NCBI GenBank assembly: GCA_977018835.1 | Contig: OZ361259.1 | Coordinates: 3,720,001 to 3,784,000 of the forward strand | Source: Minutocellus sp. GHC0000111 | Lineage: Eukaryota | Reading direction: 5' to 3' | DNA: 64,000 nucleotides | Shown here: in pieces, positions 22,877 to 36,100 of the stretch | How positions within the stretch are numbered: position 1 is the stretch's first letter | Layout of the letters: each line of letters opens with the position of its first letter | Translations under genes and position numbers: made by a program | The notes under the pieces: generated by a model | Told to the model about the DNA's origin: nothing | Database searches by the model: none | The model's input: the letters and a program-made list of their open reading frames with translations, nothing else

Positions 22877-25587
22877 TTGTTACCTGCTATGTATTGTTGG
22901 ATGGGTATCCTAGGGCGCAGAGCAGACGCTTCGTGGATAGACGATGAACTGGTTGAGAGTGGTAGCAAAAAGAAGGTGGTGTGGACAATATGTGATAGTT
23001 TTAGATGGCAGGCTGAAGGGCAGAGAGGAGTTTGGGGACGAAGTGGCCAAGGTGACAACTAGGTGTCGTTCAATGTGGAGATTTCTTTCGTTTTGACGGA
23101 GGAACGATCGACGTGACGGAGAAAAGAACGCTTCCTTTCCCAGCGCGGAATCTACATTGGTGTGCTTTGTGGGGCCCTGATCACCCGTGAGAGAGATGGC
23201 ATCCTCACTCGGTGGCACCAACTACCTTTGAACCAACCCTGAGTAGATAGATTTTTTATTTGACTACGTTATGGGGGGGTTCTCCGGTTGACCTTCTTCA
23301 TTAAATTTCGGGCCGCCGAGACGTCTCCGAGTGCCGAGCCACCATCGGCAACGCGAACCTCGGGGGCGCAAGCAGACGCTCCACGCCCGCTCGTGCTATC
23401 TGTCGAAACAGAACCCGGGCGTTTGCTCAGTGTTTCTCTCCTCTTTCCATCCAGCACAACACGCCCACGCCGACCGGCTCCGTCAGGACGCAGCAGCGCA
23501 CTCTCTGCGACCAGACTGGGGAGCTCAGGTCGCGACCGGCGTGAAATTAAGGCCGGAGGAGGACCTTCACCGGTTTCAAGGAGAGGGACACTTGGCGGAG
23601 ACCAACTGACTTGCGCTTCGCATCTCAAAAGTCTATGAGTTGCGGGACACTCGTGTAGGGAGGGACGGAAGCCAGAGTGTTGGCTCGACTGGTGGGCGTA
23701 TCCTTTTGCCTCCCGGCGACACGCCGCATGTCCTACGGATCCACTTGTTGCAGGAAGGAGTAACAAGTATTTTCGCCCCCGCTGACGACGTGCGAGCTCG
23801 ACGGGTACTTGTCTGTCGGTCCGAACGGGGACCTTAGCACTTTCCTTGTTGCATTCGTGCATGCAACTTGGATATTTTTCTCTACACATGTTTTTATCTC
23901 TGCCACCGGTTCACCCGATCAATTCTCACGATATCTTTTTAGTCCTGCCCTTTACACTCCCATTTCCCCCTGTCCTTCCAGGCCATCTAAACCTTCACCT
24001 GTCATTATCCAATGTCAATAAGTCGGGATCCCGGTGCCTCGTTTTTTGTCCACTCCGTGGTGCATGGGGGTTTCTGCCAAGACTCATTCTGCAATAGGGG
24101 GGTTTGTTCTTGAAGGAGCTACCAATAGAGGTGGAAGACGAGATTGGGTCTTCATGTGTATATATTGTGTTGATTCCATGTCTATGTCGTCAAATGCTAC
24201 TCATCTCTTTTGGGCGCCCGGATATTACATTCCTCGCAGGGGAGCCTCGGATGGGAAACATCACTTAGCGCCCATATTTATGATTACAAGTGTGCATCGT
24301 CCCCTACATGTATTGTTTACATGTAGCTTGGATCAGTCATCATAAATTTGAGGAGGAATGGATCTACTTCCGAACGTTCTGTCTGTGGTCCGAGATACTG
24401 TTACCTGCTATGTATTGTTGGATGGGTATCCTAGGGCGCAGAGCAGACGCTTCGTGGATAGACGATGAACTGGTTGAGAGTGGTAGCAAAAAGAAGGTGG
24501 TGTGGACAATATGTGATAGTTTTAGATGGCAGGCTGAAGGGCAGAGAGGAGTTTGGGGACGAAGTGGCCAAGGTGACAACTAGGTGTCGTTCAATGTGGA
24601 GATTTCTTTCGTTTTGACGGAGGAACGATCGACGTGACGGAGAAAAGAACGCTTCCTTTCCCAGCGCGGAATCTACATTGGTGTGCTTTGTGGGGCCCTG
24701 ATCACCCGTGAGAGAGATGGCATCCTCACTCGGTGGCACCAACTACCTTTGAACCAACCCTGAGTAGATAGATTTTTTATTACCCACCCGCCCGCTGCCT
24801 GGGGGTTTGTTCTTGAAGGAGCTACCAATAGAGGTGGAAGACGAGATTGGGTCTTCATGTGTATATATTGTGTTGATTCCATGTCTATGTCGTCAAATAC
24901 TACTCATCTCTTTTGGGCGCCCGGATGTTACATTCCTCGCAGGGGAGCCTCGGATGGGAAACATCACTTAGCGCCCATGTTTATGATTACAAGTGTGCAT
25001 CGTCCCCTACATGTATTGTTTACATGTAGCTTGGATCAGTCATCATAAATTTGAGGAGGAATGGATCTACTTCCGAACGTTCTGTCTGTGGTCCGAGATA
25101 CCGCACATGATGGCTGCTAATTGGCGCCGTCTTTTTGGCATATTGGATTTTGATAGGTGACGCCGACAGTATCGAGAGTCGGGTTGACAGAGAAGCACTT
25201 TGCTACTCGGCCATTGGCAACTATTTCTCGTCATCTCTGCACAGCGTGACGCTACTTCCAAGCTCGGATCATGCACCTGGAGTGCCGGCTATATTCGGTG
25301 GCCACTCAGACAAGCTAATGAGCAATCATTGCTATCATTTTGGTTTGTATTGTCGAATATTGGTCCAGATGGAGCGTATGTCTCTTTGGATTGTAGGACC
25401 TCTGATATTGATTTATTCGACAATGCTGGCGTGCACTCGAAGTCATTATGCGGTAGATATCGTTTTGGCTTGGTGGGCGTTGGGTCTAGTTTTCGTTTGG
25501 GCTGGGATGGAAATACCTGTGGAGGAACAGTGCCGTGTTGGTAGTTGGGTGGGCTGCTCTCCAACGAACTACTCGAGTGAGTTGTGA
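22877..25587 (+). pseudogene. Interrupted sphingomyelin/IPC-synthase-like (PAP2 superfamily) gene
   Basis: C-terminal DKLMSNH and RSHYAVDIVLAW motifs (25135-25587). The N-terminal piece ...KKKVVW rejoins DLLPNVLSVVRD when the insert is removed. Confidence 0.6.
22878..25101. repeat. Tandem duplication with a variable interior
   Basis: ~22878-23260 is repeated at ~24399-24781, and ~24096-24398 is repeated at ~24800-25101. The interiors differ (~835 bp versus ~19 bp). Confidence 0.9.
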
Positions 25588-25868
25588 AAACTACATAAAT
25601 TAATGCAGTACGGATTAGTGAATTGGCTCAATCCTATTACTTCTATCTCTTCGATGAAAAATGATAATTATTTACAAAGATACACACATCAACAATGGTA
25701 TAGATAGATGCGTGATAGCAGATGTAGTTTCTGTCCAACTTAACATTTTGCAGCACCCATCTCAAAACAGAAGAGGTTGCAGACCACACAGGACGAATGT
25801 TGCCAGTCAAAGCACACAGGATGAAAAGAAATCAATGATGCGAGTGAGAAAGTGCACTCCAGAACTCA

Positions 25869-26777
25869 TTAAGCAAATACATTGTCATGAAAGTACGCTG
25901 GTCGCAGACGATAGTTCCTTTGCGCTTCTTCTCTTTCTTCGCTCCACTCAGATTTCTTCATATCATTGTAATCCTGCTCGATATCTTTTACGTCATCATC
26001 ACTGAGGAGGAAGACATCTCCGAATCTCTTTATACAGTCCATGCTGACCGAGTCGCCTCCCCTTGCCGAGTAAGACATGTGCTGAGCTACCTGACCAAAA
26101 TCTTGTTGATTTTTTGAAAATTCATCTCCGAGGATGTATCTCGCAAGCTGTCCGTGGCTAAGAGCGCATCCGTTTTTTGCACCGGCAGTGATAAGCCGTA
26201 TGGCAAGAGCATTGTTTTTTGGAAACCCTAGCCCTTCCCTGCAGTTTTGGGCAAGGCAAGCTTAGAGAGCAAAGAGATGTCCCTGCTCTGCGGCTTCAAC
26301 AAGAAGACGATTCGAGGATAGTTCATCTTTTGGAATCAGTTGCGAGCCTCTCCCGTATACACTGGCAAGGGCCACCATCGCATTGATATCTTTTGCTTCA
26401 GCGCGGGAGAGTAGCATCTCCTTGTCGTCTAATAGATTTTTCCCCGTCTCTGTCCGACAAAAGGAGCAACCCCTCAACCTTTTCTTTACATTGGCATAAT
26501 TACAACCAGCGCAAATAATCTTCCCACAACAAGGACAGCAAGTTAAATCGGCATCAGCTTGGGGCATTGGGACGAAACAAATTGGGCAGTCTTCCCTCTC
26601 GGCATACGGGCCGAACATATCAGCATCCTTGAGTTCCTCCTCGAGCCTAGTGACGAGGGCGGCAATCCTTGCCTCGACATCGCGCTGAAGGGCGGCCCTC
26701 TCCCGTCGCGCCTTGCCGGTGCCCTGCTTGGCCTTGCCTTCACTACTCTTGCCCGCGCGCTTGCCCTTCTTGCCCAT
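25869..26777 (-). CDS. RING-like zinc finger plus Sel1-like repeat protein (frameshift near 26262)
   Basis: CPICF..CCGKIICAGC..CSFCR, then Sel1-like helices that continue in another frame to EWSEEREEA. Confidence 0.75.
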
Positions 26778-27070
26778 GATAGATGCGATGTGCCATGCCC
26801 TTCCTTGACGGTTTTGCGCTTGTTGTGATCAGATTACTCTCCGTACGGTATCTTATCCTGGCGTCTCTTTGCTTTTGAGCTGACGAAGGCCAGACGGCCA
26901 TGGCGTATCGGCGCCGGCACGAGCATACGAGGCACGCGAGATGTGTTGCTCTTAAATGCATCATTTGACTGTTCCTCTCCACGTTGCTGCTGATCATCGA
27001 ACGCGCTAGCGTCCTCTCTATTATATAGCGCATTTCACCGCCGTGATATCGCCCTACTGAATTCGAGAGA

Positions 27071-28308
27071 ATGGAGTCGCCGCCAACGAAGAAGCGGAAG
27101 ACCGCACCTGCCGGTTCCGACCAAGGAGCGAAAGGGGGAGGGGGAACTAAGACGACGAAAGGACGGGAGGTCCTGCAACTTCCTGCTACCGTGTGGGCTT
27201 CGGTTCTTCACTACCTTGCAATAACAGATGCGATGCGGGCTCTCCTAATCAGCCGTGGCGTTGCCTTTGATGCTGCAAATGAGTTGACTTTGTTACACGT
27301 GTCGCATCCGACCGAGCTCGATGCTCGACTCTCAAAACGTTTTCCAGGTGTGCAAGAGATCCACGTACATTGCCTTGTACGCAATTCAAGCGATGGTGAG
27401 GGGGTGATTCTTTGTGCCGATACAGCGGAAAGACTTGTGTATTTCTTGACGTCATTTCAAAACCTATCTTGGGTTCGGGTCATTCCTCCTGCACCTCGCT
27501 ATCGGTCGTACGACTACAAACGTTGTCAGGGACCTGCAAATCACGCCGAGGTCTATAAAGAACTGCTTTCGTCACTCTGCAACGCTTTCAAGGCTAAATC
27601 TCTACGCACTAGTCTCGGTATTTCCGGCATCATCGGAGAATGGATGACTGCAGCTCCTGTTGACAGGACACACCGATGTGATGTTCATGATTCGGTTGAA
27701 GCGCCTTGCAGATTATGCCGACGAATTTGTTCCTATTTACCACTTTACAACGTCATTACCCTTCCTTGCAAAATGCCTACAATCAAATTTTCTGATGGCT
27801 TGTGCGTTAATAGTACAACGATGTCTGCTATCCTGAAAGGACGCAAATGGGAAGAAAGCGACCTTGACCACGCCTACGATGCTTATTATATTCTTCTGCG
27901 TCTTCAAATAATTTGTCTTCAGAATATAGTTGATGCGGGAGTTATTGACTCCGAAGTGGCCAATGCGTTTGAAACGAATGTGAGAGCAAAAGGGGGAGAC
28001 CCTTCCGATTGCATTCATTTTATATTAGATGAGCAGATTGATCGGATTGAAACCTTACTTGAAATCGAGCGGATTCATGACGGTTTGACAAGAGAAGACC
28101 AGACCCTCTGGAGTCGGGAAGAACTCATGGAGGCGATGAATGATAGCAATCCGAATGGCGGCTATATGCTCTAAAAAAGGACCTTTGATCGACTAGTCAA
28201 AATTGGATTTGATCTGAGCGCTGATGATTTCATTATTGTCGATGAAGAAGAGGAAGAAGCACTTGAAATATTCAGAACAAGAAGAGAATCAATTGAACCC
28301 CCTTTATG
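27071..28308 (+). CDS. Hypothetical protein with an F-box-like N-terminal motif, broken near 28172
   Basis: 367-aa ORF with an NLS-like PPTKKRK and LPATVWASVLHYL. Coding-like sequence continues past the stop at 28174. Confidence 0.55.
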
Positions 28309-28697
28309 ATCGCAAGATCCGCTGCTATAAATCTGCGCATCGGTCCTTGCATGAAGCACCCACCCTCCTCCAGCATAGCTTTGTTTGCTGGTATCTTGAT
28401 CGTATTCTTTCAACAATTCTATTTAATTCATTAGTTTAATAATATCTCTCTCTCGATACATAGCATCTTTGCCCTTGCCGTCCCCTGCTCTTGATTAATT
28501 TGTGCAGAGGTGGGCCCTCAGATGCAGTGGCAGATGTTTACTTCATGTCTGCCACAGAAAAGCACTTATTTGCTTCATATATACACTTAATGCGATTTGA
28601 TTGATATGATATCTTTCATAATCGTGGTTCGGCTAGTCACAAATCCCCATTATTGCGACGCCTCGCCTTGGGCACATTAAGTCCCAATGACGATTTT

Positions 28698-31205
28698 TTA
28701 GGTACTGACTGGTGCAGCAACTTGAGTTGGAGTGATGGCACGTCCACCAGTTGCACCGTTGGCCTTAGTCCCTTTGCTCGTTGGAGCAGGACTTGATGTG
28801 GACGAAGGTGACGCAGAAGTTTCATCTGAGACCGCCGCCACAAGCTCATTTAGCTGATCGGCATACCGATCGGGCTTCTTGAGCATGGTATTCAGCCTCT
28901 TCTTGGCGTTCTGGATGTGCGTCTTGAAGAAGCAACGGATGCGATCACGAAGCTTCTTATCATCAAAGACGACGGGATCGAATGTCCACCCTTGTTCCGC
29001 GGCGTGGGCACGGATGAGCTCGACGAGGTTGTTGTTGAATCGTTGCTGATCCTTGGATTGGCGACGGTTGATAGAAAGCTCGTAGTACTCGGTCATGTGA
29101 GAATACAGAATGCTCTCGAGGATGGGATAGTCCTTCCAGAAGAATCCCTCGCTGATGACTGGAGTCGCAGGGTAGTTGTTGGTCGGACTCTTGGTACCGT
29201 TTGGCCTGTCACGAGATCCCATGGCCATGTGAAGAAGGAGGCGCTTGTTCAGATCCTTGTCCTCGAGAATGCGCTGGACGGACTCCAGAGAAACGGGCGA
29301 GGGAGTACGGCTACCACCACTGACGGCACGACTTCGACCGCCGACAGGCCTGCCCAACTCCTTGGTTGGAGTTGGAGTGGGCATAGCAAGCTCACCAGAC
29401 GCAATCTTGGCCATTGGAGTTGGAGCCATGGGAGTAGGAGTAGGTGCAGTAATGACCTTGGGTCCAGGCGTCGGCGTCTTCGAGTTGACGAAACGAGCAA
29501 ACTCGCTACCATTCGCTGGCGAAATGGTATTGGTACCGGCAGTTAGTGGAGATCCAGAAGGCAACGGCGTCTGAAGCCTCTTGTGGAGCTTGTTCATGGC
29601 GACGGAGGCACCGACCTCGGCGATGGCCTCGGAGGTCTCCATATTGACGCTTGCCTTCCCAGCCATGGCGTTGGGACGGATAGGAACCGGTGCATGTGCC
29701 GACGCCCCTGCGATCGGCATGAAAGATTCCTGTTCTCCACCCTGCTGGACATTGTTGATCGACGAAATTTCCGGAGACAGGCGGAACGAAGTCGGACGGA
29801 AGCTCTGAAGATGAGGCGAGGCCCGAGCGTCGCGGTTGTAGGGATGGTAGAAGTCGGCACTCTTCTTGCGGATGTGACCGTGCGGAGTAGCCCGTGCACC
29901 TTGCATATGCCCATAGGGCGTCGACCTATGATCTCGACTGCCTCCAGGAGTGGGGAATTGAGTCGCCCGAACCTCCTCATTGTACGGTGTAGCACTAAAG
30001 GGAGTGTGCGAACGAGCGCCGCCGGGTGCGGGAGATCCGAAAACATATGGCGAGGCACGGACTTCCTGTTGATGGAACGGCGTAGCGCGGGGATCTTGCA
30101 CAAAAGGCGAAGCACGGGGATCTTGGATGGATGCAATGGAGCCACTGACGCTGCCATACGGCGAAGCCCGAGAGTAGGCCCCATCGCGAAGGAATGGAGA
30201 GGCACGGTCGCCGCCCCCGCGCTGAAGGTGCTGATCTTGATTGCCAAAGGGAGTCGTTCTGGACTCGGCAACGACGGCCGATACGGCAGCTACAGCATCT
30301 GCCTCCTGTTGGGCAATAAAGTCGGCTGTTGTGGTAAAAAAAATGGGGGAGGACAAGGCAAAAGAATGACGGGTGAGTTAAATTTCGTCTTGGCGGGAGA
30401 TCCGAAAAGAACAAAACTGACATGTCTTGTGCTGGAAACGAAATATCATGTGTTTGAAGTCGAAACTCGGACAGTAGTCACACTGAACGCTTCCTCTGCC
30501 AACTATGTGCAAATATCAAGCCTTTCGGTGCTATTTGAACGCCAATTCACCCTCAGAGGAAGCATTCCATCCAACCGAAATTCAAATTTGCCTTGGCGGC
30601 AAAATTTTTGGCGGGAGAGTTTGGGACCAAGAAACCGAGGTCTTCTTTGGGCTCAAATTCCACCAAAACATCCCCAACACCACACAGCATGCATATTTCG
30701 TGTATCTTGATGAAATTCCTGCCTTTGCCGTCTCGAATATGAATCCAACATGACCTCCATGGCGGTATCTAAAAATTTCGCCCTCCCTCCGAACGAAGCA
30801 CGAAAGAACGTCTCGGGGCGTCTCACCTGCACCGAGCAAGTTGGCAATGGAATCCCTTCCGCTGCGGGACGACGATTCTGCCGCAGGCTCAGCCTGCTGC
30901 TGGCCCTTTCGCGCCTTTTTAGTTGGACTGGGCGTCGTCGGCCTCACGACCGGCGCCGGCGGGCCCATGACATGGGCATTCGCCACCGGAGGGGCGGCAA
31001 AGGCAGCCGCCGGAGGAGCAAAGCTCGACACCTGGACCGAGGCGGCGAACTTGTTGGATGTGTTCTCGAGCATCTGCTTGACGGGACTGGCGTTGCACGA
31101 GCCGCGGTTGGCGATGGACACCTCGTCGACCTCCTCGTCCTCGTCGGGGACGGTCGTCGGCGACAGGGCCATGGCCCGCGGATCGAACCAACGGGGGAGC
31201 GTCAT
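28698..31205 (-). CDS. Low-complexity protein with a compact C-terminal domain ([28 protein letters not shown]), putative nuclear regulator
   Basis: Exon 1 from MTLPRWFDP to a donor at ~30826. Acceptor at ~30326 leads into the 552-aa ORF. Confidence 0.7.
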
Positions 31206-31571
31206 GATTGCTCTTTCTTCGTTTTTTGTGCCGGTGAAAATGAAAGATACGCCGGCCGGCCAAAACGGGAACACATATTTTTAGCATGAGGGACGGCTGG
31301 TGAGGCTATGGAACTCTACTGAATAATTCCTAAAATTCTTGGCGCGCAAATTTTTGATGGTAAATTTTGAACGAGTTTGATTAACGATGGAGATAGAAAG
31401 TGGGTAACACAACCTCAATAAAAATGAGATGCGACCAATCTGAGTTTGCGGGCAAAGCAATCTTCTGATCGACGGCGCTCTGCTCGGACCACATCTTGGC
31501 AGTTGTTGGCATATGCCCATAATCATATTCTCATGCTCTAAACCAAATCACATTGAATACAATATTGAAAC

Positions 31572-33170
31572 ATGCCCACCCTCCCTAGCCGTCGCAACCG
31601 ATCACGCCGAAAGCTCCACACCGTCACCAACTGGAATGGCACGTCCGAGTGCCACCCCTCGGAGGTGCATTTTCCCTCCACCATTGACGAGATTCAATCC
31701 ATCGTCCGCCAAACGCGCTCGCAAAGCAAATGCCTGCGAATCATTGGCAACAGGGCTCATACCTGGGGCTCCATCAGCATGTGCGACGATGGAGATGTGA
31801 TTGTCAATCTCAAACATTTCAACAGGGTGCTCAATATGGACAAGAAGAATCGAACCATTACCGCCCAGGCTGGGTGTTCTCTCGGAGATATGATGGCAGC
31901 ATTAGATAAGGAAGGATTGGCACTTGTGAACATGGGCGAGGCGACCGAGCAGACATTGGGCGGTGTAACGGCAACGGCTACGCATGGTTCGGGCGGTGGC
32001 CCAGCACCATCGCTTCCCGACTCGTTCAGTGATCAAGTGGTCTCGTACAAGATTGTCGATCTCACCGACAATGCCACTGTTCACACCATAACACGAGAAG
32101 ATAACGAGGTGTTTGATGCCTTCATGGTTCATATGGGCCTCCTGGGAGTGGTGGTGGAGGTGACACTGCATTTGCGCGACAAATATTATTTGAAGTGGAA
32201 TGTTCGTGACATCGGAGATGTTTGCAATCTCAAGCTCGATCAGATGAAGGAAACCTATGAGAATGTGTTTAGTTTGACTTATACGTTCTTTCCGAGTACC
32301 AATCAGGTTGTTGAAATTGTTCGAGATTTGACGGATGATACGCATAAGAGTGGTGTTGGAGGTGACATTCGCGATGATTTTGTGAATAGTCTTCGACAGA
32401 GTAACGCGGTACTGCTCAAATGCTGTCCTTGTTGTGTTGAGCCATATGCCAAGGTCCAAAAGCGAGCTTTACTTTCTCTATCGGGTAACTCCGATCAGTG
32501 GCGGAAGGTCCTGTCGCAGGGTGATCTTTGGGGTGGGGTGAATTATATCTGGAAACACGATGTCGAGTATGTGTTGCCGTTCGACAAGACTTTAGAGGCG
32601 CTCGAAGTTGTTCGGACCATACTTGAAGAGAAGGCCAAGAAGATCTCCACAGTCGTCGGTGTTCGCTTTTGTCGTGGTTCCAGAGGATTGATGGCGCCCC
32701 ACTTTTCAGCTGATCCAAAGGCTATCTTTTCGTATATTGAAGTTCAATTCAGTACCAAGCAGCTCAATCCACGCATACCTCGTATATTGCAGAATGAATT
32801 GTCTAAACTCAGCGGACGAGCTCATTGGGGGAAGGCAAATTACACTACGTTTGATCAAATTTCATCGTTTCGGTTGTGACCTGCATCAAACTTGAACACA
32901 TTTCTTGATGTCAAGAGCCAATATGATCCGGATGATCTCTTGGGGAATTCCTACACCGACAAGATTTTTAGCCGAGACGAACCGGGAGTGATAACTCTTG
33001 TTGAAAATGGCGAAGTGCGCACAGTTCGAGAGGTCGATGGTACAGAGCAGGAACCCAATCCAATTGCAATAATGGCTCTTCCCGGACATGCTACTCACAA
33101 GAGCGGGAGGATCATACCAGTGCACGATGGCGAGGTGACAAATGCTATTGATAAAGTCGCCGAGTGTTAG
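31572..33170 (+). CDS. FAD-linked sugar-lactone oxidase (GULO/ALO family) with an in-frame TGA at 32877-32879
   Basis: VTNWNG, EQTLGGVTATATHGS and GRAHWGK, then in the same frame after the TGA FLDVKSQYDP. Confidence 0.8.
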
Positions 33171-33193
33171 AGCGCACTTAACACATGTACTAG

Positions 33194-36100
33194 TCACATT
33201 CTTTGCTGATTTGTAAGTGTCAGATTCAGCACTCTGTTTCGAGTCATGTTGTGCCCAGTGAAGCAGATTGCTGAGTCTTGCCGTCTCCCTCTCTGCTCAC
33301 TGCTGTTGTTGCTAGCATCGCCAATGGTGGTTGCTCTTGACACTGCCATGTGGAGCAGCCCTGGGTTCTTTCCCTCCATTCCTTTGTCTCCTGGGTCCAC
33401 AATCACCCGGTCCACCGCATTTGGTTGCTGGCCATGGCTCACTGGTCCTGCTGACTGTCCTTGGAATGTGTGGCACGTTTTTGCAAATGACAGTGTGAGT
33501 GGGCAGTAAGTGGCTTTGCAGCACTTGTTTTTGCACATCATGGCTGTCATTGGAATTGGAACGACCTTTTCACATGAGGGGGGAAAGGCAGGAGGTTGTT
33601 GGGTGTGAGTTAAACTGGTGCAGTTAAACAACCAATGACCTGACTCACGGCTTGGCTTCCAAAAGAACACCCCTCGGTGTTCATCAAGAATCTAGTTCTT
33701 ACCTTTGGCTTCAGGGGGTCCCAGACCGGACCGCTGTGCTGAGGGAACTTCACTGCCAAGTAGCATGGTTGGTCTCCTGTGTTTGGATTTCTTCCTTCTT
33801 CGAAAATAATTTCTTCTACCTCTCCCACGCTGTTGTTGAAGAGTCCCCACTCTGGTTCAAAGTTTCGGTCTGCCAGGCAGACCATGGCGCCTCTGCTAAG
33901 AACTGTTGCATTTGCTGGTGGGTTTGGAAAGTGTGCCTTGCGGACAGCTGCCTTCCCTGATGTGGACTCCCACTTGGTTTTCACCAGGCCACTGGGTTGC
34001 TTGAACTGGACACCTTTTGTAGCTTCTGGTAGTTGAACTCATCCCTTGGCGCCTTTTTTGCAAAAAGATGCATCGTTGTTCCTGTGCTTGTGATGGCTTC
34101 CACTTCTGCATTTCCAAAGTTGGTGAGGTGGCACTGCATTAGCTTGTCTGCATCTGCTGGTGTTGGGTGTCCTGACCGAAGCCTTCCCAGCATGCTGACG
34201 AGTTCAACCTGATCTGACTTTTGACGCTTGATTGTCTTGAGTTCCATGCACTTTTCAGATGTGTCGAGAAAAAGCTGTGCTCCTGATGCAGCAACTCCAG
34301 TTTGCCTTTGTGAGTGTGAAGGCTGCCCTCCAACTGTGTCAAATGCTCCCTTTTGTGTGTTTGTTGGTGGGGGCAGCTGGTAGTCATCCCCCACAAGCAG
34401 AAAGATGGGCACCCCCCCGAACAGCTCTCCTTCGTGGCCTCCTCCATGAGCAGTTGCTGCAAGATTCCTCTCAGCAGCCCCAAGGTTGTCTGCTGTGTAC
34501 ATGCTCCTTTCATCTCAAGCACGTAAACAACTGCCACTCTGTTGTCTTTCATCATTGTCTCTCTTTGCTTTTCTGAAGGGAAAGACGATGGAGAGTGAGG
34601 GTTTATTCCAAACTTTCTGTGCATTGTCTGTCCTCCCACTGACTGACCATGCTGCTGCACCGGTGGGGCCAACCACATGGATGACGTTTTTCTCTCCTAA
34701 AACCTCCCTCACTGTGTTCACCAAGCATTTAATGAAGAAGCTCTTGCCTGATCCTGTGCAGCCTTGCACCGTCAAGTAGAGTGGCTTGAAAGACCTGGCT
34801 TTGTTGACATCACTTGAAGTGGCGCACTCCACCCACTCCTTGACCTTGCTCATCACTGTCAGAAGCAACTCCTGCTGGTCATTTTTCACCATTGACGCAT
34901 CAATTGCCATGGGCTTTCCATCTACTTCAGTGGTAAAAGGTGTCCATTCTGTTGCATCTTTTGAGCTGACTGCTTCTTCTAGCCAGGACCCCCCTTCAAG
35001 CATGGCGTCTCTTGCAGGGGGGGAACATTCTCTGAGACCAGTCATAGTTTAGCCCTCTGTCAAACTTGAAGTCCCCAATGGTCACTCCTGGGTCGTTGCT
35101 GACTGCATTGGTTTTGACCAAGTTGAGAATGTCTCTGGTTTCATCATCCATGTCTCCGTGAGCCTCGTAGTCATAGCATTCTTCATCTTCTGCTGTTGGC
35201 TCACTGTGGCGTTTCTTCACTTTGCGCTCTCTCACCCTGGCGTGCGCAATCTTGACTGACTGGGGGCAGCACGAGTCAGAAAGAAAGTTGTTGAACTCTT
35301 TGATCCATTGCTCTTTGCTTAGCCGGGGAGGTGTTGATGCTCTCCATGGCCTGTGCACTAGCAGCGTCATTCTGGCATAGTCCTTAGTGACTGGGAATGT
35401 TGGTTGCCCCCTCCCTCCTATCCAATGTGGAATGACAGCTAGCTTTCTCAGTGTTCTTGCTGCCAATTTGTTGTTGGAACAGGTCACTGAGCGAAAGGTT
35501 AGGGTTCTTGGCAGCTATTTTTCTGTGTTTGGCAACCAGTCCATTGTGGGTGTCTGATGTGAGCTTGCACCTAGGTAGCTACCGGACAAACTAATTGACT
35601 CGATGGTCTCTCCGTGCACAGGATCAAGGGAAGCTTGTCTAGCTCCACCATGCACTCTTGTTTTGGCACAAGTCTACTGACCACGGCTCTGTTGAGCAGC
35701 TTCCTGGCCAATGTGATTACATCATCAATATTTCCTGATACCTCCTCAGCACTGGAAGTCGAATCAGGGGATTGAGCATGCGCGTTACAGCGTGAAAATG
35801 ACACAATGAACGGAAATAGACGCGGGATCAGATTCTTTTTGAATACTCGCGGGTATTCAAATGGAATTGGTCCCGTTTTGGCACATTTGCATCCAACGCA
35901 GCACTCACCGATTGACGATGGCTGTAATAGTGTCGCGTTCGGTGGCCAGTGTCTCGTTTCCTTTGCATGCGTAAGCGACAACATAATCGGTAACTTCGGC
36001 TATGTCCTCTGGCGTTGGTTCGCTGTCGTGACAGTCGCATAACAACACTTTGATGTCACAATTGCCACGCCATCCTCTCAGAACGTTGAGTGGGGTCTGA

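Noticed and set aside
22878..25101. Ngaro/DIRS split-direct-repeat retrotransposon (A-B-A-B pattern)
   Set aside because: No RT or tyrosine recombinase is visible, and the repeated unit includes host-gene sequence, so tandem duplication explains it better.
32877..32879. Selenocysteine codon
   Set aside because: The position corresponds to Tyr rather than Cys in this family, and no SECIS was recognisable.
33188..33195. CTAG as the true Helitron 3' end
   Set aside because: It directly abuts an apparently truncated helicase ORF with no clear subterminal hairpin, and CTAG-type palindromes are common in intergenic DNA here.
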